From IMG/VR virus record IMGVR_UViG_3300036401_000331, positions 2,650-66,649 of that record: a stretch of 64,000 nt of DNA; one strand, given 5' to 3'. The notes beneath the pieces are model-generated. The model was given only the letters and a program-made list of their open reading frames with translations. It was not told where the DNA came from and made no database searches. Positions 17,623 through 26,754 of the stretch are shown here, in pieces. Position numbers and translations under genes: made by a program. The DNA is from a virus. How positions within the stretch are numbered: position 1 is the stretch's first letter; the number at the start of each line of letters is the position of its first letter.

Positions 17623-17784
17623 ATGACCATCATCAGCGTCAAACGCGACCCGATCACCCGTCACTACACCGTGGAACTTCGCCTCACCGAGGATGAAGCG
17701 CTCGACCTCGCGCGCCAGATCGTCGCCGAGGCCGAGGTCAAGACCGAGATCACCAACGAGACACCACCGCAGGAGCCAATATGA
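17623..17784 (+). CDS. Hypothetical protein (53 aa)
   Basis: TAGGAG RBS, ATGA coupling to the next gene. Confidence 0.6.
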   Translation: MTIISVKRDPITRHYTVELRLTEDEALDLARQIVAEAEVKTEITNETPPQEPI

Positions 17785-18026
17785 AAGTCACCGCCCGCGC
17801 CGACCGCCTGATCATCGACCTGCCGTCGATGGGGCTGGTCATCGCCGCCCTCGACAGCGCCGCCGAGGCATGGCTGGAGTCGGCATCGAAGCCCGACCAG
17901 CAGCCCAACGTGCGCAAGTCGCTGCTCAAGATGGCCGGCGAAGCCAAGGCCATGTCGATCCTGATCAACGCCAAGTCGCTGGAACCCGATGCCGAGGCCG
18001 ACAAGCCGGCGCAGGTGGCGGCATGA
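17781..18026 (+). CDS. Hypothetical protein
   Basis: Coupled ORF. Confidence 0.65.
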   Translation: MKVTARADRLIIDLPSMGLVIAALDSAAEAWLESASKPDQQPNVRKSLLKMAGEAKAMSILINAKSLEPDAEADKPAQVAA

Positions 18027-18241
18027 GCCACAAGCTGGAAGACATCCGCGCGCTGGCGGCTCGCCGCATGTGGCGCATCTCGCCGCTTCGCCCGTCGCCG
18101 GGCAAGTACGTGCTGTACCGGGGCTCACGCGAAAGCTGCCAGCCGCCCTCGACGCTCGCCCAGATTTACCGATGGCTGATGCTGCCGGCCCGGCAGCGTT
18201 ACAAGGTGAGTCTGCCCCTGTGTCGGCCGGCAACGCCATGA
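18023..18241 (+). CDS. Hypothetical basic protein
   Basis: Coupled ORF. Confidence 0.5.
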   Translation: MSHKLEDIRALAARRMWRISPLRPSPGKYVLYRGSRESCQPPSTLAQIYRWLMLPARQRYKVSLPLCRPATP

Positions 18242-18441
18242 GCTTCGACAAGGCCACCAACACCTTCCTGTGCGACGGCTGCAAGGTCCACACCGGCCAG
18301 CCCGCCGGTCCCGATCAGCCGCCGCACCGCTGGCTCGACGTCACCATGGTCGGCGGCGCGGTCGAGACGATCCGCGTCAGGCACTTCTGTCCCGCCTGCG
18401 CGCCGCTGATCGAGAGCTACCTCGAAGGCCGGCGCGTATGA
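18238..18441 (+). CDS. Small Zn-finger protein
   Basis: CDGC...HFCPAC. Confidence 0.65.
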   Translation: MSFDKATNTFLCDGCKVHTGQPAGPDQPPHRWLDVTMVGGAVETIRVRHFCPACAPLIESYLEGRRV

Positions 18442-18671
18442 GCCACAACCACAGAAAATATGCCAAGGAACTGGGCGCGATAGCGACAGACCTTGGCTAC
18501 ACGCTCGAAGGCCAGACCAGCAAGGGCCACCTAAAATGGCGGCATCGCGACGGCCACTTCGTCGTCATCGGCACCGACCTCGGCAACTGGCGCAACCTGA
18601 AGAACTCGATCCGCACCATGCGCCACGGCGCGCGTAACCGACCAGAGAGACAGATCAATGCCAACGATTGA
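18438..18671 (+). CDS. HicA-like protein
   Basis: LGYTLEGQTSKGHLKWRHRDGHFVVI dsRBD/HicA pattern. Confidence 0.6.
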   Translation: MSHNHRKYAKELGAIATDLGYTLEGQTSKGHLKWRHRDGHFVVIGTDLGNWRNLKNSIRTMRHGARNRPERQINAND

Positions 18672-19584
18672 CACGCCCGGCTTCTACTTCGACGTCACCG
18701 AGCAGGACTACCACGCCGACCCGGTGATCCAGCCGTCGCTGTCGTCGAGCGTCGCCAAGGTGCTGGTCGATCAGTCGCCGCGCCATGCCCGCTACGTCCA
18801 TCCACGCCTGCGCCCGCCCGCGCCGGGCGAGGTCGAGAAGGTCAGCCGCGCCATGGATGTCGGCAGCGCCGCCCACAAGATTCTGCTCGGCCGGGGCCGC
18901 GTCGTCGACATCCTGCAGTTCGACGACTACCGCAAGAAGGAAGCCCAGCAGATGCGCGACGACAGCCGCCGCGCCGGCAACGTGCCGGTCCTCGCCGCCG
19001 ACTGGGCCGACGTCGAGACGCTGGCCAAGGCCGCCGCCGAGCAACTGATGGAACGCAACCGGCCCAGCATCTTCACCAAGGGCAAGGCCGAGGTGACCAT
19101 GGTGTGGCAGGAGAAGAACGGCGTGTGGTGCCGCTCCCGGCTCGATTTCCTGCCGGACGACGCCGCCAGCGCCGCCCATCTCACCCTGCCCGAACTCAAG
19201 ACCACGGGCGGCTCCTCGGCTGCCGAGGACTGGCAGACGACCTGCTTCAATTCGGGCTACGATATTCAGACCGCGTTCTACCGCCGAGGCCTGAAGACCT
19301 TGCTGCCCAATCTCAAGACCGTCGAGTTCGAGTGGATCGTGCTGGAGCAAGACCCGCCGCACGGCCTCAACATCATCAAGGCCGGCGGCCAGATGGAGGC
19401 CGAGGCCGACGAGATGGTCGGGCTCGCCATCGAGATGTGGGGCCGCTGCACGACCGACAACAAGTGGCCGGGCTACGACGAGGAGATCGTGGCGCTCGAT
19501 CCGCCATACTGGCGCGCGATGAAGGCCGAGCTTCGCCGCATGGCGCTGCGCAACCGCATGGCCCGCTGGCAGGCCCCGCTATGA
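18658..19584 (+). CDS. RecE / exonuclease VIII-like PD-(D/E)XK exonuclease
   Basis: YHAD...LSSS, GSAAH, AEVT, CRSRLD, ELKTT, YDIQTAFY, WPGY. Confidence 0.88.
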   Translation: MPTIDTPGFYFDVTEQDYHADPVIQPSLSSSVAKVLVDQSPRHARYVHPRLRPPAPGEVEKVSRAMDVGSAAHKILLGRGRVVDILQFDDYRKKEAQQMRDDSRRAGNVPVLAADWADVETLAKAAAEQLMERNRPSIFTKGKAEVTMVWQEKNGVWCRSRLDFLPDDAASAAHLTLPELKTTGGSSAAEDWQTTCFNSGYDIQTAFYRRGLKTLLPNLKTVEFEWIVLEQDPPHGLNIIKAGGQMEAEADEMVGLAIEMWGRCTTDNKWPGYDEEIVALDPPYWRAMKAELRRMALRNRMARWQAPL

Positions 19585-19913
19585 GCGACACCGTGAAGTA
19601 CATCGGCGAGCGCCTGCCCTCGGGCTGCGTCGTGCGCGCGGTCGACGCCAAGGGCAACAGCCACCGGCTGGCAACCCGCATCGACCTGATCAACCATTCG
19701 CCCGACGGCTTCGAGTGGGGCTACGGCGGCTCCGGCCCGGCCCAACTGGCGCTCGCCCTGCTGGTCGACGCCACCGGCAACGCCGAGCGGGCGATGCGTC
19801 TCCATCAGGACTTCAAGCGCTGCTTCATTCAGGACATCGACAGCGACCGCTGGGAGATCGAAGCCGCCGAGGTGCGCCGCTACGTCGCCAACGAGGGAGG
19901 CTCCGATGCCTGA
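19581..19913 (+). CDS. DUF6166-like protein
   Basis: NHSPDGFEWGYGGSGPAQLALALL motif. Confidence 0.75.
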   Translation: MSDTVKYIGERLPSGCVVRAVDAKGNSHRLATRIDLINHSPDGFEWGYGGSGPAQLALALLVDATGNAERAMRLHQDFKRCFIQDIDSDRWEIEAAEVRRYVANEGGSDA

Positions 19914-20982
19914 CACGCCGCAGCACATGACCTTCGACTTCAAGCCGGCCAAGCGCGAAGGCGTCGGCCTGTTCATCGGCCTCGCAGGCGGCACCGGCTC
20001 GGGCAAGACCTACTCGGCGCTGGCACTGGCCACCGGCATCGCCGGGCCGAACGGCAAGATCGCGGCCGGCGACACCGAGGGCCACCGCATGTCGCACTAC
20101 GACAAGCGCTTCAAGTTCGACGTGGTCGACCTCACCGCCCCGTTCCGCCCGGAAAAGTTCGAGAGCTTGGCCAAGGACGCCGAGGCCAAGGGCTACAAGG
20201 TGCTGATCATCGACAGCTTCAGCCACGAACATGCCGGCGATGGCGGCGTGCTCGAATGGCACGACGAGGAGATCGAGGCGGCCGTGCTGCGCGCCCATCA
20301 ATATGCGCGCGAAGGCGAGACCGTCAACGACGACGCGATCCGCAACGCCCACAACATGCGCGGCTGGATCAAGCCGAAGGGCGCGCACAAGGCGATGATC
20401 AACAGCTTCCTGCAGCGCCGGATCGCCATCATCTTCTGCATGCGCGCCGAGGAGAAGATCAAGGTGCTGCCCAACGGCAAGCCGCAGCCGATGGGCTGGA
20501 TGCCGATCTGCGACAAGAACTTCGGCTACGAACTGACCTGCCAGATCACACTGTCGAACGAGCGGCCCGGCGTCGTCGACTACAAGCTGCCGCGCAAAAT
20601 CATCGAGGACCACCTGCCGTACTTCCCCGACGGCAAGCTGATCACCGCCGAGGCCGGAGCCAAGCTGGCGGCATGGGCACGCGGCGACGACGAGCCGAAG
20701 GCTGAACCGCCGCCCGCCAAGACCGACAAGACCTCGGCCGTGGTCGACAAGCTGATCCAGCGGCTCGCCGAATCCGTCGGCAATGTCGAGGCCTTCGACG
20801 CCATCCTCGCCGAGACGCTGGTGGTCAAGCAGCGCGACTGGATGAAGACCGCCCGCCCCGATCAGGCGACCCGGCTGGACGAGGCCGTCGCCAAGCTGCG
20901 AGAAGCCCAGTCGTCGCCGCCATTGACTGATGACCAAGGGGCGGCCGATGGGGAAGCCGGGGCGAGTATCCCGCTAACCTGA
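19906..20982 (+). CDS. Sak4-like AAA ATPase / recombinase
   Basis: GGTGSGKTYSAL, DTE, LIIDSFSHE; near the RecE-like gene. Confidence 0.85.
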   Translation: MPDTPQHMTFDFKPAKREGVGLFIGLAGGTGSGKTYSALALATGIAGPNGKIAAGDTEGHRMSHYDKRFKFDVVDLTAPFRPEKFESLAKDAEAKGYKVLIIDSFSHEHAGDGGVLEWHDEEIEAAVLRAHQYAREGETVNDDAIRNAHNMRGWIKPKGAHKAMINSFLQRRIAIIFCMRAEEKIKVLPNGKPQPMGWMPICDKNFGYELTCQITLSNERPGVVDYKLPRKIIEDHLPYFPDGKLITAEAGAKLAAWARGDDEPKAEPPPAKTDKTSAVVDKLIQRLAESVGNVEAFDAILAETLVVKQRDWMKTARPDQATRLDEAVAKLREAQSSPPLTDDQGAADGEAGASIPLT

Positions 20983-21034
20983 AGACGTTGCAGGCCACGC
21001 GGTCAGCCCCGGCCGAACCCATTGCGAGACAGAC

Positions 21035-21637
21035 ATGAACGAAGCGACACGATTTCCCCTCTCATGGCCCCTCGGCTGGCCGCGCGTCAGCGAGCGCGTG
21101 CCCAGCCGGTTTACCAGCCAGCGGCGCGACATCACCATCCACGGCGCGATCCAGCGCCTTGAGGCCGAGCTAGAACGCCTCGGCGCGACCGACGCGATGC
21201 TGTCGTCCAATCTCAAGCTCAGTCTTGGCGGCGTGCCGTTCTCGGGTCAGGCCGAACCGAAGGATGCCGCCGTGGCGATCTACTTCAAGCTCAAGGGCCA
21301 CGACCGCGTGCTGGCCTGCGACCGCTACACCTCGGCCTCGGGCAACATCGCCGCCATCGCTGCCCACATCGACGCCCTGCGCCGCATCGAGCGCTACGGC
21401 GTCGGCACCATCGAGCAGGCCTTCGCCGGCTACGCCGCCCTGCCGCCGCCCAGCGACGACAACCGGCCGCCATGGCGCACCATCCTCGGCTTCAAGCCCA
21501 ACGGGCCGGTGACGGTCGACGACGTGCGGGTGAACTACCGCGCGCTGGCCAAGCAGGCGATCAACGACGACATGCGGCTGCAGGTGCTCAACCTCGCGCG
21601 CGATCAGGCGCTGCGCGACCTTGGAGCCGGCCGATGA
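21035..21637 (+). CDS. Phage protein with degenerate C-terminal J-domain
   Basis: PLSWPLGWPR, ACDRY, AFAGYAALP, W..ILG...YRALAK...LNLA; HPD motif absent. Confidence 0.8.
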   Translation: MNEATRFPLSWPLGWPRVSERVPSRFTSQRRDITIHGAIQRLEAELERLGATDAMLSSNLKLSLGGVPFSGQAEPKDAAVAIYFKLKGHDRVLACDRYTSASGNIAAIAAHIDALRRIERYGVGTIEQAFAGYAALPPPSDDNRPPWRTILGFKPNGPVTVDDVRVNYRALAKQAINDDMRLQVLNLARDQALRDLGAGR

Positions 21638-21864
21638 TCGACGCTCCCCGCAAGCGCATCCTCGCCGCCCTGCTCGCCTACGAACGCGAGGGCGAACCGC
21701 TGCCCAGCCGCAAGCAGGTGGCGCTGCGGGTCAAGATGACGCCCTACGGCGCGATGTTCGGTCATCACATCGGCCTGCTGATGCGCGCCAACCTGATCGA
21801 GTACCCGCTCGGCCAACTGGCGCTCACCGATTCGGGCCGCAAGATCGCGGAGAAGCTGCCGTGA
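21634..21864 (+). CDS. Small winged-HTH-like protein
   Basis: PSRKQVALRV...LMRANLIE...LTDSGRKIA. Confidence 0.6.
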   Translation: MIDAPRKRILAALLAYEREGEPLPSRKQVALRVKMTPYGAMFGHHIGLLMRANLIEYPLGQLALTDSGRKIAEKLP

Positions 21865-22061
21865 GCGACGATGCCTTCAAGCTGCTGATGCTCGCCGGCT
21901 TCGTCGCCATCGTGGCGATGAACTGGCTGGCGATGCGCAACGTCAAGACCATGGTGCGCGCCCTGATCGCGGTGATCGTCGCCGCCCATCGGCGCGGCGT
22001 CTACTTCTCGCCGCTCGACATCGCCATCGTCAGGACCGCCGACAAGTGGGTGAACCAATGA
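21861..22061 (+). CDS. Small membrane protein
   Basis: Hydrophobic N-terminus; coupled ORF. Confidence 0.55.
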   Translation: MSDDAFKLLMLAGFVAIVAMNWLAMRNVKTMVRALIAVIVAAHRRGVYFSPLDIAIVRTADKWVNQ

Positions 22062-22333
22062 AGGTGATCCGCATCGTCGCCAACATGTGGGCCGAGCTTC
22101 AGGGCCGCGATCCGGCCGAGGGCCAGTACCTGCAGTCGATGGACTTCGAGGCGCACGGCGGGCGTGGCCACATGACGACGACCAGAGACGTGCGCAAGGC
22201 CATGCTGTTCCTGACGGCCGGCGATGCCATGGCGTACTGGCAGACCCAGTCCAAGACGGTGCCGCTGCGCGACGACGGCAAGCCCAACCGGCCGCTCACC
22301 GCCTACACCATCGACATCGGAGACGCGCCATGA
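22058..22333 (+). CDS. Hypothetical protein
   Basis: Coupled ORF ending PLRDDGKPNRPLTAYT. Confidence 0.7.
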   Translation: MKVIRIVANMWAELQGRDPAEGQYLQSMDFEAHGGRGHMTTTRDVRKAMLFLTAGDAMAYWQTQSKTVPLRDDGKPNRPLTAYTIDIGDAP

Positions 22334-22548
22334 TGACGAGAGACGAGCACCTGCAGTGGGCCAAAGACCGTGCGCTCGAATATCTCAAGATCGGAGACCT
22401 CGACAATGCGATGGCTTCGATGCTGATGGACCTCTCGAAGCATCCCGAAACCGAAGCCACCGCCAAGGCCATGGCTCCGGTCGGCCTGCTCTATGCAGTC
22501 AACCGCGACAACGAGGGCATGCGTCGTTTCATCGAGGGGTTTCGCTGA
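22330..22548 (+). CDS. Hypothetical protein
   Basis: TRDEHLQWAKDRALEY...DLSKHPET...FIEGF. Confidence 0.7.
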   Translation: MMTRDEHLQWAKDRALEYLKIGDLDNAMASMLMDLSKHPETEATAKAMAPVGLLYAVNRDNEGMRRFIEGFR

Positions 22549-22841
22549 TGCCACTGATCCGCCCCATCGCCAACCTGACGCCCGACGAGGCCGAGTTGGA
22601 AATCTTCAAGCTCGCCAACGAGAACCGCAAGTTCGGCATCGCCGTCGACTACCCGCTTGACCAGAAGCTGCAGGATGCGCTGGAGCGGCTGATGATGGCC
22701 GAGTGGATCAGGCTGATCGACGTCGCTGCTGTCCAACACGTCGGCGGCGGCCGGCTGATACGCCTGTTCATGGTCACCAAGGACGGCTTGGACCGCATCA
22801 TCGAACTGAAGATGAAGACCGTGGGAGGCAAGCGCCAGTGA
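22548..22841 (+). CDS. Hypothetical protein
   Basis: Coupled ORF. Confidence 0.65.
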   Translation: MPLIRPIANLTPDEAELEIFKLANENRKFGIAVDYPLDQKLQDALERLMMAEWIRLIDVAAVQHVGGGRLIRLFMVTKDGLDRIIELKMKTVGGKRQ

Positions 22842-23182
22842 AGAACCTCAACGACCTCGACCTCTACCGAACTTTCCTGCCGGAGATCGCCGACAAGGGC
22901 GACCACACCTGCGGCGCGTTCGTCTTCAAGAAGGGCAACACGCCGCTGCGCGTGATCGCCTCGGCCATCGACGGCTGGGACCATGTCAGCGTGTCGACGC
23001 CGAACCGCTGCCCGACATGGGAGGAGATGGAGTTCATCAAGCGCACCTTCTTCAAGCCCGACGAGGTCGCCTACCAGTTGCACGTCGCCGAGAAGGAGCA
23101 CATCAACTGCCATCCCCACACGTTGCACATCTGGCGGCCATGGCACGCGCCGATCCCGCTGCCGCCGGGCGAGATGGTGTGA
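22838..23182 (+). CDS. Conserved phage protein (GWDHVSVS...PTWEEM...HINCHPHTLHIW family)
   Basis: Recognisable His-rich motif. Confidence 0.75.
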   Translation: MKNLNDLDLYRTFLPEIADKGDHTCGAFVFKKGNTPLRVIASAIDGWDHVSVSTPNRCPTWEEMEFIKRTFFKPDEVAYQLHVAEKEHINCHPHTLHIWRPWHAPIPLPPGEMV

Positions 23183-23352
23183 GCGTCGAGGACAAGCTCG
23201 ACCGCGTCATCGTCCTGCTGGAGGAGATCGCGCTCGCCGTCAGGAAGCCCGACCCGGCGACCTGCGAGCACGAGTTCGTCGTCATCCCCGATTTCAATTC
23301 GGTCAACGCGCCGGCCCGAGGCCAGTGCCGCAAGTGCGGCTATTCCCCGTGA
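23179..23352 (+). CDS. Small Zn-binding protein
   Basis: CEHEF...CRKCG. Confidence 0.55.
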   Translation: MSVEDKLDRVIVLLEEIALAVRKPDPATCEHEFVVIPDFNSVNAPARGQCRKCGYSP

Positions 23353-23537
23353 ACTGCCGCGAGATGCCGTGCGAGACGTGCGGCGGCGACGGCGGCTGGA
23401 GCGTGCCGACCGGCATCGACTACCGCGACGGCTCGCTGATCGAGCGCGATGTCGCGTGCGAGGCCTGCGAGGGCACCGGCCTGATCTGGATCGAACTGGA
23501 GCCCGTCACCGAGGAAGACATCATGGAGCCGCTATGA
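23349..23537 (+). CDS. Small DnaJ-type Zn-finger protein
   Basis: CETCGGDG...CEACEGTG. Confidence 0.6.
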   Translation: MNCREMPCETCGGDGGWSVPTGIDYRDGSLIERDVACEACEGTGLIWIELEPVTEEDIMEPL

Positions 23538-23728
23538 CCGATCCGATCCCCATGCTGCTGTGGTGCCCGAACTGCCATCACCGTCACATCGACAAGGGCG
23601 AGTTCGCCACGAAAAGTCATCACACGCACGCCTGCCAGAATTGCGGCATGGTGTGGCGGCCGGCGATCCAGCCCACCGTCGGCGTGAAGTACCTGCCGGG
23701 CTTCAAGGACGAGGAGACATCGAAATGA
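23534..23728 (+). CDS. Small Zn-finger protein
   Basis: CPNC...H...HHTHACQNCG. Confidence 0.65.
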   Translation: MTDPIPMLLWCPNCHHRHIDKGEFATKSHHTHACQNCGMVWRPAIQPTVGVKYLPGFKDEETSK

Positions 23729-24048
23729 CTCAGGACGTGTTCACGTTGGGCGGCCCGAACCTGCGCGCCCTGTCGATCCATGCCGGCAACAGCGACAAGC
23801 CGCTGATGGTCTTCCACGAGGACGGCAGCATCACTGTCGACGACGCCGCCAATCCGAGCGACGCGGCCAAGATGGTGATCGAGTGCCTCAAGCCCCACCT
23901 CGTTGAGTTTATCCGCAAGCCAGTCGTGGCGGCGCGTGCAGTGGTCGCCTACTACGACAACGACTCCAACGCGATGTACTTCGACGATGTCGGCGACGAG
24001 TTCAAGGCACTGCTCGAACTCCTGAAGTCATCACTACCACTTGAGTGA
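23725..24048 (+). CDS. Hypothetical protein
   Basis: GAGGAG RBS. Confidence 0.65.
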   Translation: MTQDVFTLGGPNLRALSIHAGNSDKPLMVFHEDGSITVDDAANPSDAAKMVIECLKPHLVEFIRKPVVAARAVVAYYDNDSNAMYFDDVGDEFKALLELLKSSLPLE

Positions 24049-24086
24049 CGGGTCGCGTCGACCGCACTACATGCCGTGGATCGACA

Positions 24087-24106
24087 ACGCCCTAGAAGTA
24101 GGGTAT
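24087..24106 (+). promoter_or_regulatory. Operator palindrome / promoter
   Basis: ACGCCCT-AGAAGT-AGGGTAT. Confidence 0.6.
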
Positions 24107-24139
24107 ACTGTTTTCTGTCGTAACTGATAGGAGACAGCA

Positions 24140-24448
24140 TTGACAACGATGAACGACGATCTTGCGATCCCGTCCTTCCTCAAGAGGACCGGCGTGGCGA
24201 AGCCCTTCAGGGCACCGCGCTGGAAGAAGTTCCCGAAGGCCGAGCGGCCCGAGGGCGAGAAGTGGACCGAGGCCAAGCGCTGGGAAGTCCATCTGCACGA
24301 CGAGGTGCCGAAGCTCGGCTGCGGCCAGCATCGCATCTGGGTAGTCGAGGGCCGGCGCTGGGCTCGCCTCTCCGACGGTGTCGCCAAGATCAAGGTGCCG
24401 ATGGCGCTGTGGTCGCTGGTGCGCCGCACCGGGAAGGAGGTGAAGTGA
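24140..24448 (+). CDS. Hypothetical protein with an FtsZ-tail-like DDLAIPSFLKR motif
   Basis: TAGGAG RBS, TTG start. Confidence 0.65.
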   Translation: MTTMNDDLAIPSFLKRTGVAKPFRAPRWKKFPKAERPEGEKWTEAKRWEVHLHDEVPKLGCGQHRIWVVEGRRWARLSDGVAKIKVPMALWSLVRRTGKEVK

Positions 24449-24996
24449 TGGTCACCTACTCCGACGTCAATGATGCGTGGGGAGGGGTGACCCTCCCCCC
24501 GATCACCGAGGCCGAGGCGCGGGTGTTCTGCCCGAAGCTGATCGCCAAGTTCGGCGGCAGGGACTTCAAGAACCGCCGGCCGTGGTTCCTGAAGAAGCTG
24601 AACCGAAGCTGGGCCTCGACCGAGCCGCAGGACACCAGCGAACACAGGGCCGGCGGCCGCAACGGCCTGCCGCGTATGATTCACGACACCAGTCACTGGC
24701 TGTACGAGGCCATGCACCCGCGCTTCCTCACGCACTCGACGCGGCACGCCGCGCTGGAGCAGGACATGATCAGCTACGTCCTGAAGAAGGGCTGGCACCT
24801 GCCCAAGCCACCGAAGCCGGCCAAGCCGAAGCCGACCAAGGCCGAGGCCCGCCGCCTGAAGTTCGACGCCACGGCGGCCTCGATCAGGCGCTGGGAGACC
24901 AAGGCCAAGCGGGCGGCGACCGCCCTGCGCAAGCTGAAAGCCCGCCAGCGCGGGCTCGAACGGGTTCTTGCACAGCCTGTGCAGAACTGCCAATAA
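24448..24996 (+). CDS. Hypothetical protein, possible zincin-like HDxxH motif
   Basis: IHDTSHW...H; basic helical C-terminus. Confidence 0.65.
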   Translation: MVTYSDVNDAWGGVTLPPITEAEARVFCPKLIAKFGGRDFKNRRPWFLKKLNRSWASTEPQDTSEHRAGGRNGLPRMIHDTSHWLYEAMHPRFLTHSTRHAALEQDMISYVLKKGWHLPKPPKPAKPKPTKAEARRLKFDATAASIRRWETKAKRAATALRKLKARQRGLERVLAQPVQNCQ

Positions 24997-25012
24997 CCGG
25001 CAATCCGGGCTA

Positions 25013-25049
25013 TTGCGATCTCCGGGGTGACGCCCTATATTGAGGGCGT
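25013..25049 (+). promoter_or_regulatory. Sigma70-like promoter with perfect operator palindrome
   Basis: TTGCGA-N17-TATATT; ACGCCCT-ATATTG-AGGGCGT. Confidence 0.75.
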
Positions 25050-25071
25050 TACCTTCCTCTAGGAGCATTGC

Positions 25072-25977
25072 ATGACCGTCCGCACCGACCTCCACCGCCC
25101 CAGCACCATCGTTCCCGACGACTACGACTTCGTCGCCTGCGACTACTATGGCCCCGGCCTCGACGCCGCGATGTTCACGCAGGATCGCATGATCTTCCGC
25201 GCCCACATGGATCGCACGGGCGGCAAGTTCAGCGGCCACGACCACGGCGGCACCTGCCACATCTGCGGCGCGGCCGCGCTGTACGTCGCCAAGTACCATC
25301 ACCGCCCGACCAACGCCTACATCGTGACCGGCCTCGACTGCGCCGAGAAGATGGACATCGCCAACCCGGTGGCCTTCCGCTCGATCAAGAAGCGCGTGGC
25401 TGCCGGCCACAAGGCGCGTCGCGGCGTCGCCAAGGCCGAGGCGTTCCTCGCCGAGCGCGATCTCACGGCGGCGTGGGCGATCTACCGCGCCACCGACCGG
25501 GCGGCCTTCCGCAAGCAGGAGGAGATCGTCACCGACATCGTCGGCAAGCTCGTGAAGTACGGCTCGATCAGCGACCCGCAGACGGGTCTCGTGCGCAAGC
25601 TGATGGCCGACATCGCCGAGCGCCCGGCGCGCGATGCGGCCTATGCCGCCAAGATCGCCGAGCAGGCGGCGACCAGCCGGCACGTCGGCACGGTCGGCCA
25701 GCGCCAGACCTTCGACCTCACGGTCGAGCGCATCTTCGAGGGCGAGAGCCACTTCGGCCGCTACTGCATCCTCAACTGCAAGGATCAGGCCGGCAACGTC
25801 GTCGTCTACAAGGGCGGCAGCGACCTCGGCCTTGAGCAGGGCGACCGCGCCACGGTGACCGCCACGGTCAAGGCGCACGGCGACTACAAGGGCATCGCCC
25901 AGACCATCGTGAGCCGCCCCAAGGTGGCCACGGTGGCCTTCAAGCCGGTCCTTGAACTGCCGCAGGCTGCACCCTAG
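25072..25977 (+). CDS. Conserved phage protein with Zn-binding N-terminus and C-terminal OB-fold-like domain
   Basis: CHICG...GLDC; HVGTVGQR...ATVKAHGDYKGIAQTIVSRPK. Confidence 0.75.
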   Translation: MTVRTDLHRPSTIVPDDYDFVACDYYGPGLDAAMFTQDRMIFRAHMDRTGGKFSGHDHGGTCHICGAAALYVAKYHHRPTNAYIVTGLDCAEKMDIANPVAFRSIKKRVAAGHKARRGVAKAEAFLAERDLTAAWAIYRATDRAAFRKQEEIVTDIVGKLVKYGSISDPQTGLVRKLMADIAERPARDAAYAAKIAEQAATSRHVGTVGQRQTFDLTVERIFEGESHFGRYCILNCKDQAGNVVVYKGGSDLGLEQGDRATVTATVKAHGDYKGIAQTIVSRPKVATVAFKPVLELPQAAP

Positions 25978-25988
25978 ATAGAGGGTGT
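25952..25988 (+). promoter_or_regulatory. Sigma70-like promoter with operator
   Basis: TTGAAC-N17-TAGATA; GCACCCT-AGATAG-AGGGTGT. Confidence 0.7.
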
Positions 25989-26031
25989 AGGCGAAGCAGC
26001 CCCAACGTCGGGCACGGCCTTCCAACTCCCA

Positions 26032-26064
26032 GCCCCGCCACGGATTGAGCCCCGTGAGCGGGGC
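26032..26064 (+). promoter_or_regulatory. Conserved leader RNA hairpin, copy 1
   Basis: GCCCCGC-CACGG-ATTGAGCC-CCGTG-A-GCGGGGC. Confidence 0.65.
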
Positions 26065-26086
26065 CAAGGCGTTGAAGGAGACACGC

Positions 26087-26326
26087 ATGACAAAACTAGG
26101 CACACAGCAACTGGCGTTCCTCGAAGCGCTGCGCACCCACAACGTCTGGCAGCGTGGCGGCGGCTGGGAGTTCCTGCCGCAGGCCCGCATGACCAAGCTG
26201 GCGCGCAGCCTCGACGCCAAGAACGTCCCGGTCCTCGCGATCTACGATGACCGTGGCGTCGTCCGCATCGAGCGCTACGAGGGCATGATCGCCTTCCTGC
26301 TCCAGCAGAGGGAGATGCAGTCGTGA
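26087..26326 (+). CDS. Hypothetical protein
   Basis: AAGGAG RBS. Confidence 0.65.
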   Translation: MTKLGTQQLAFLEALRTHNVWQRGGGWEFLPQARMTKLARSLDAKNVPVLAIYDDRGVVRIERYEGMIAFLLQQREMQS

Positions 26327-26538
26327 ACCTCACCGCAAAGGGCCGCAGGCAACTCAAGCGGCACATCGAGAACCGCGTCGCACGCATCTACGGCCAGCGC
26401 TGCAGCGGCATCCAGATCGGCATCTTGGACACGCCCAAGGTGATGGCGGTCGGCGAGAAGGCCGTCAGCGAGGGCCTCGACGATCAGGCCATCGGCGACC
26501 GCATCGCCGCCTTCGTCGAGACCATCAGGAAGAACTAG
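26323..26538 (+). CDS. Hypothetical protein
   Basis: Coupled ORF. Confidence 0.65.
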   Translation: MNLTAKGRRQLKRHIENRVARIYGQRCSGIQIGILDTPKVMAVGEKAVSEGLDDQAIGDRIAAFVETIRKN

Positions 26539-26539
26539 C

Positions 26540-26752
26540 ATGTTCAAGGTCCGCATCCACTTCGCCAACGCCTCGACCGGCGAGGCGTCGTTCGACAGCT
26601 TCATCGCGGCGCGCGAGTTCTGCCGCAACAACATCTCCTACACGGGGGGCCGCGTCAGCCGCGTCGAGATCATCGAGCAGGGCGGCGAGCCCCGCGCAAT
26701 GTGGGACGCGACATGGGATGCCGCCTCCCGGTATGCCGGGCTGTGGAAGTGA
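26540..26752 (+). CDS. Hypothetical protein
   Basis: Packed ORF. Confidence 0.65.
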   Translation: MFKVRIHFANASTGEASFDSFIAAREFCRNNISYTGGRVSRVEIIEQGGEPRAMWDATWDAASRYAGLWK

Positions 26753-26754
26753 TC

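Noticed and set aside
24067-26220. 717-aa minus-strand ORF
   Set aside because: Antisense shadow of well-supported plus-strand genes; typical of high-GC DNA
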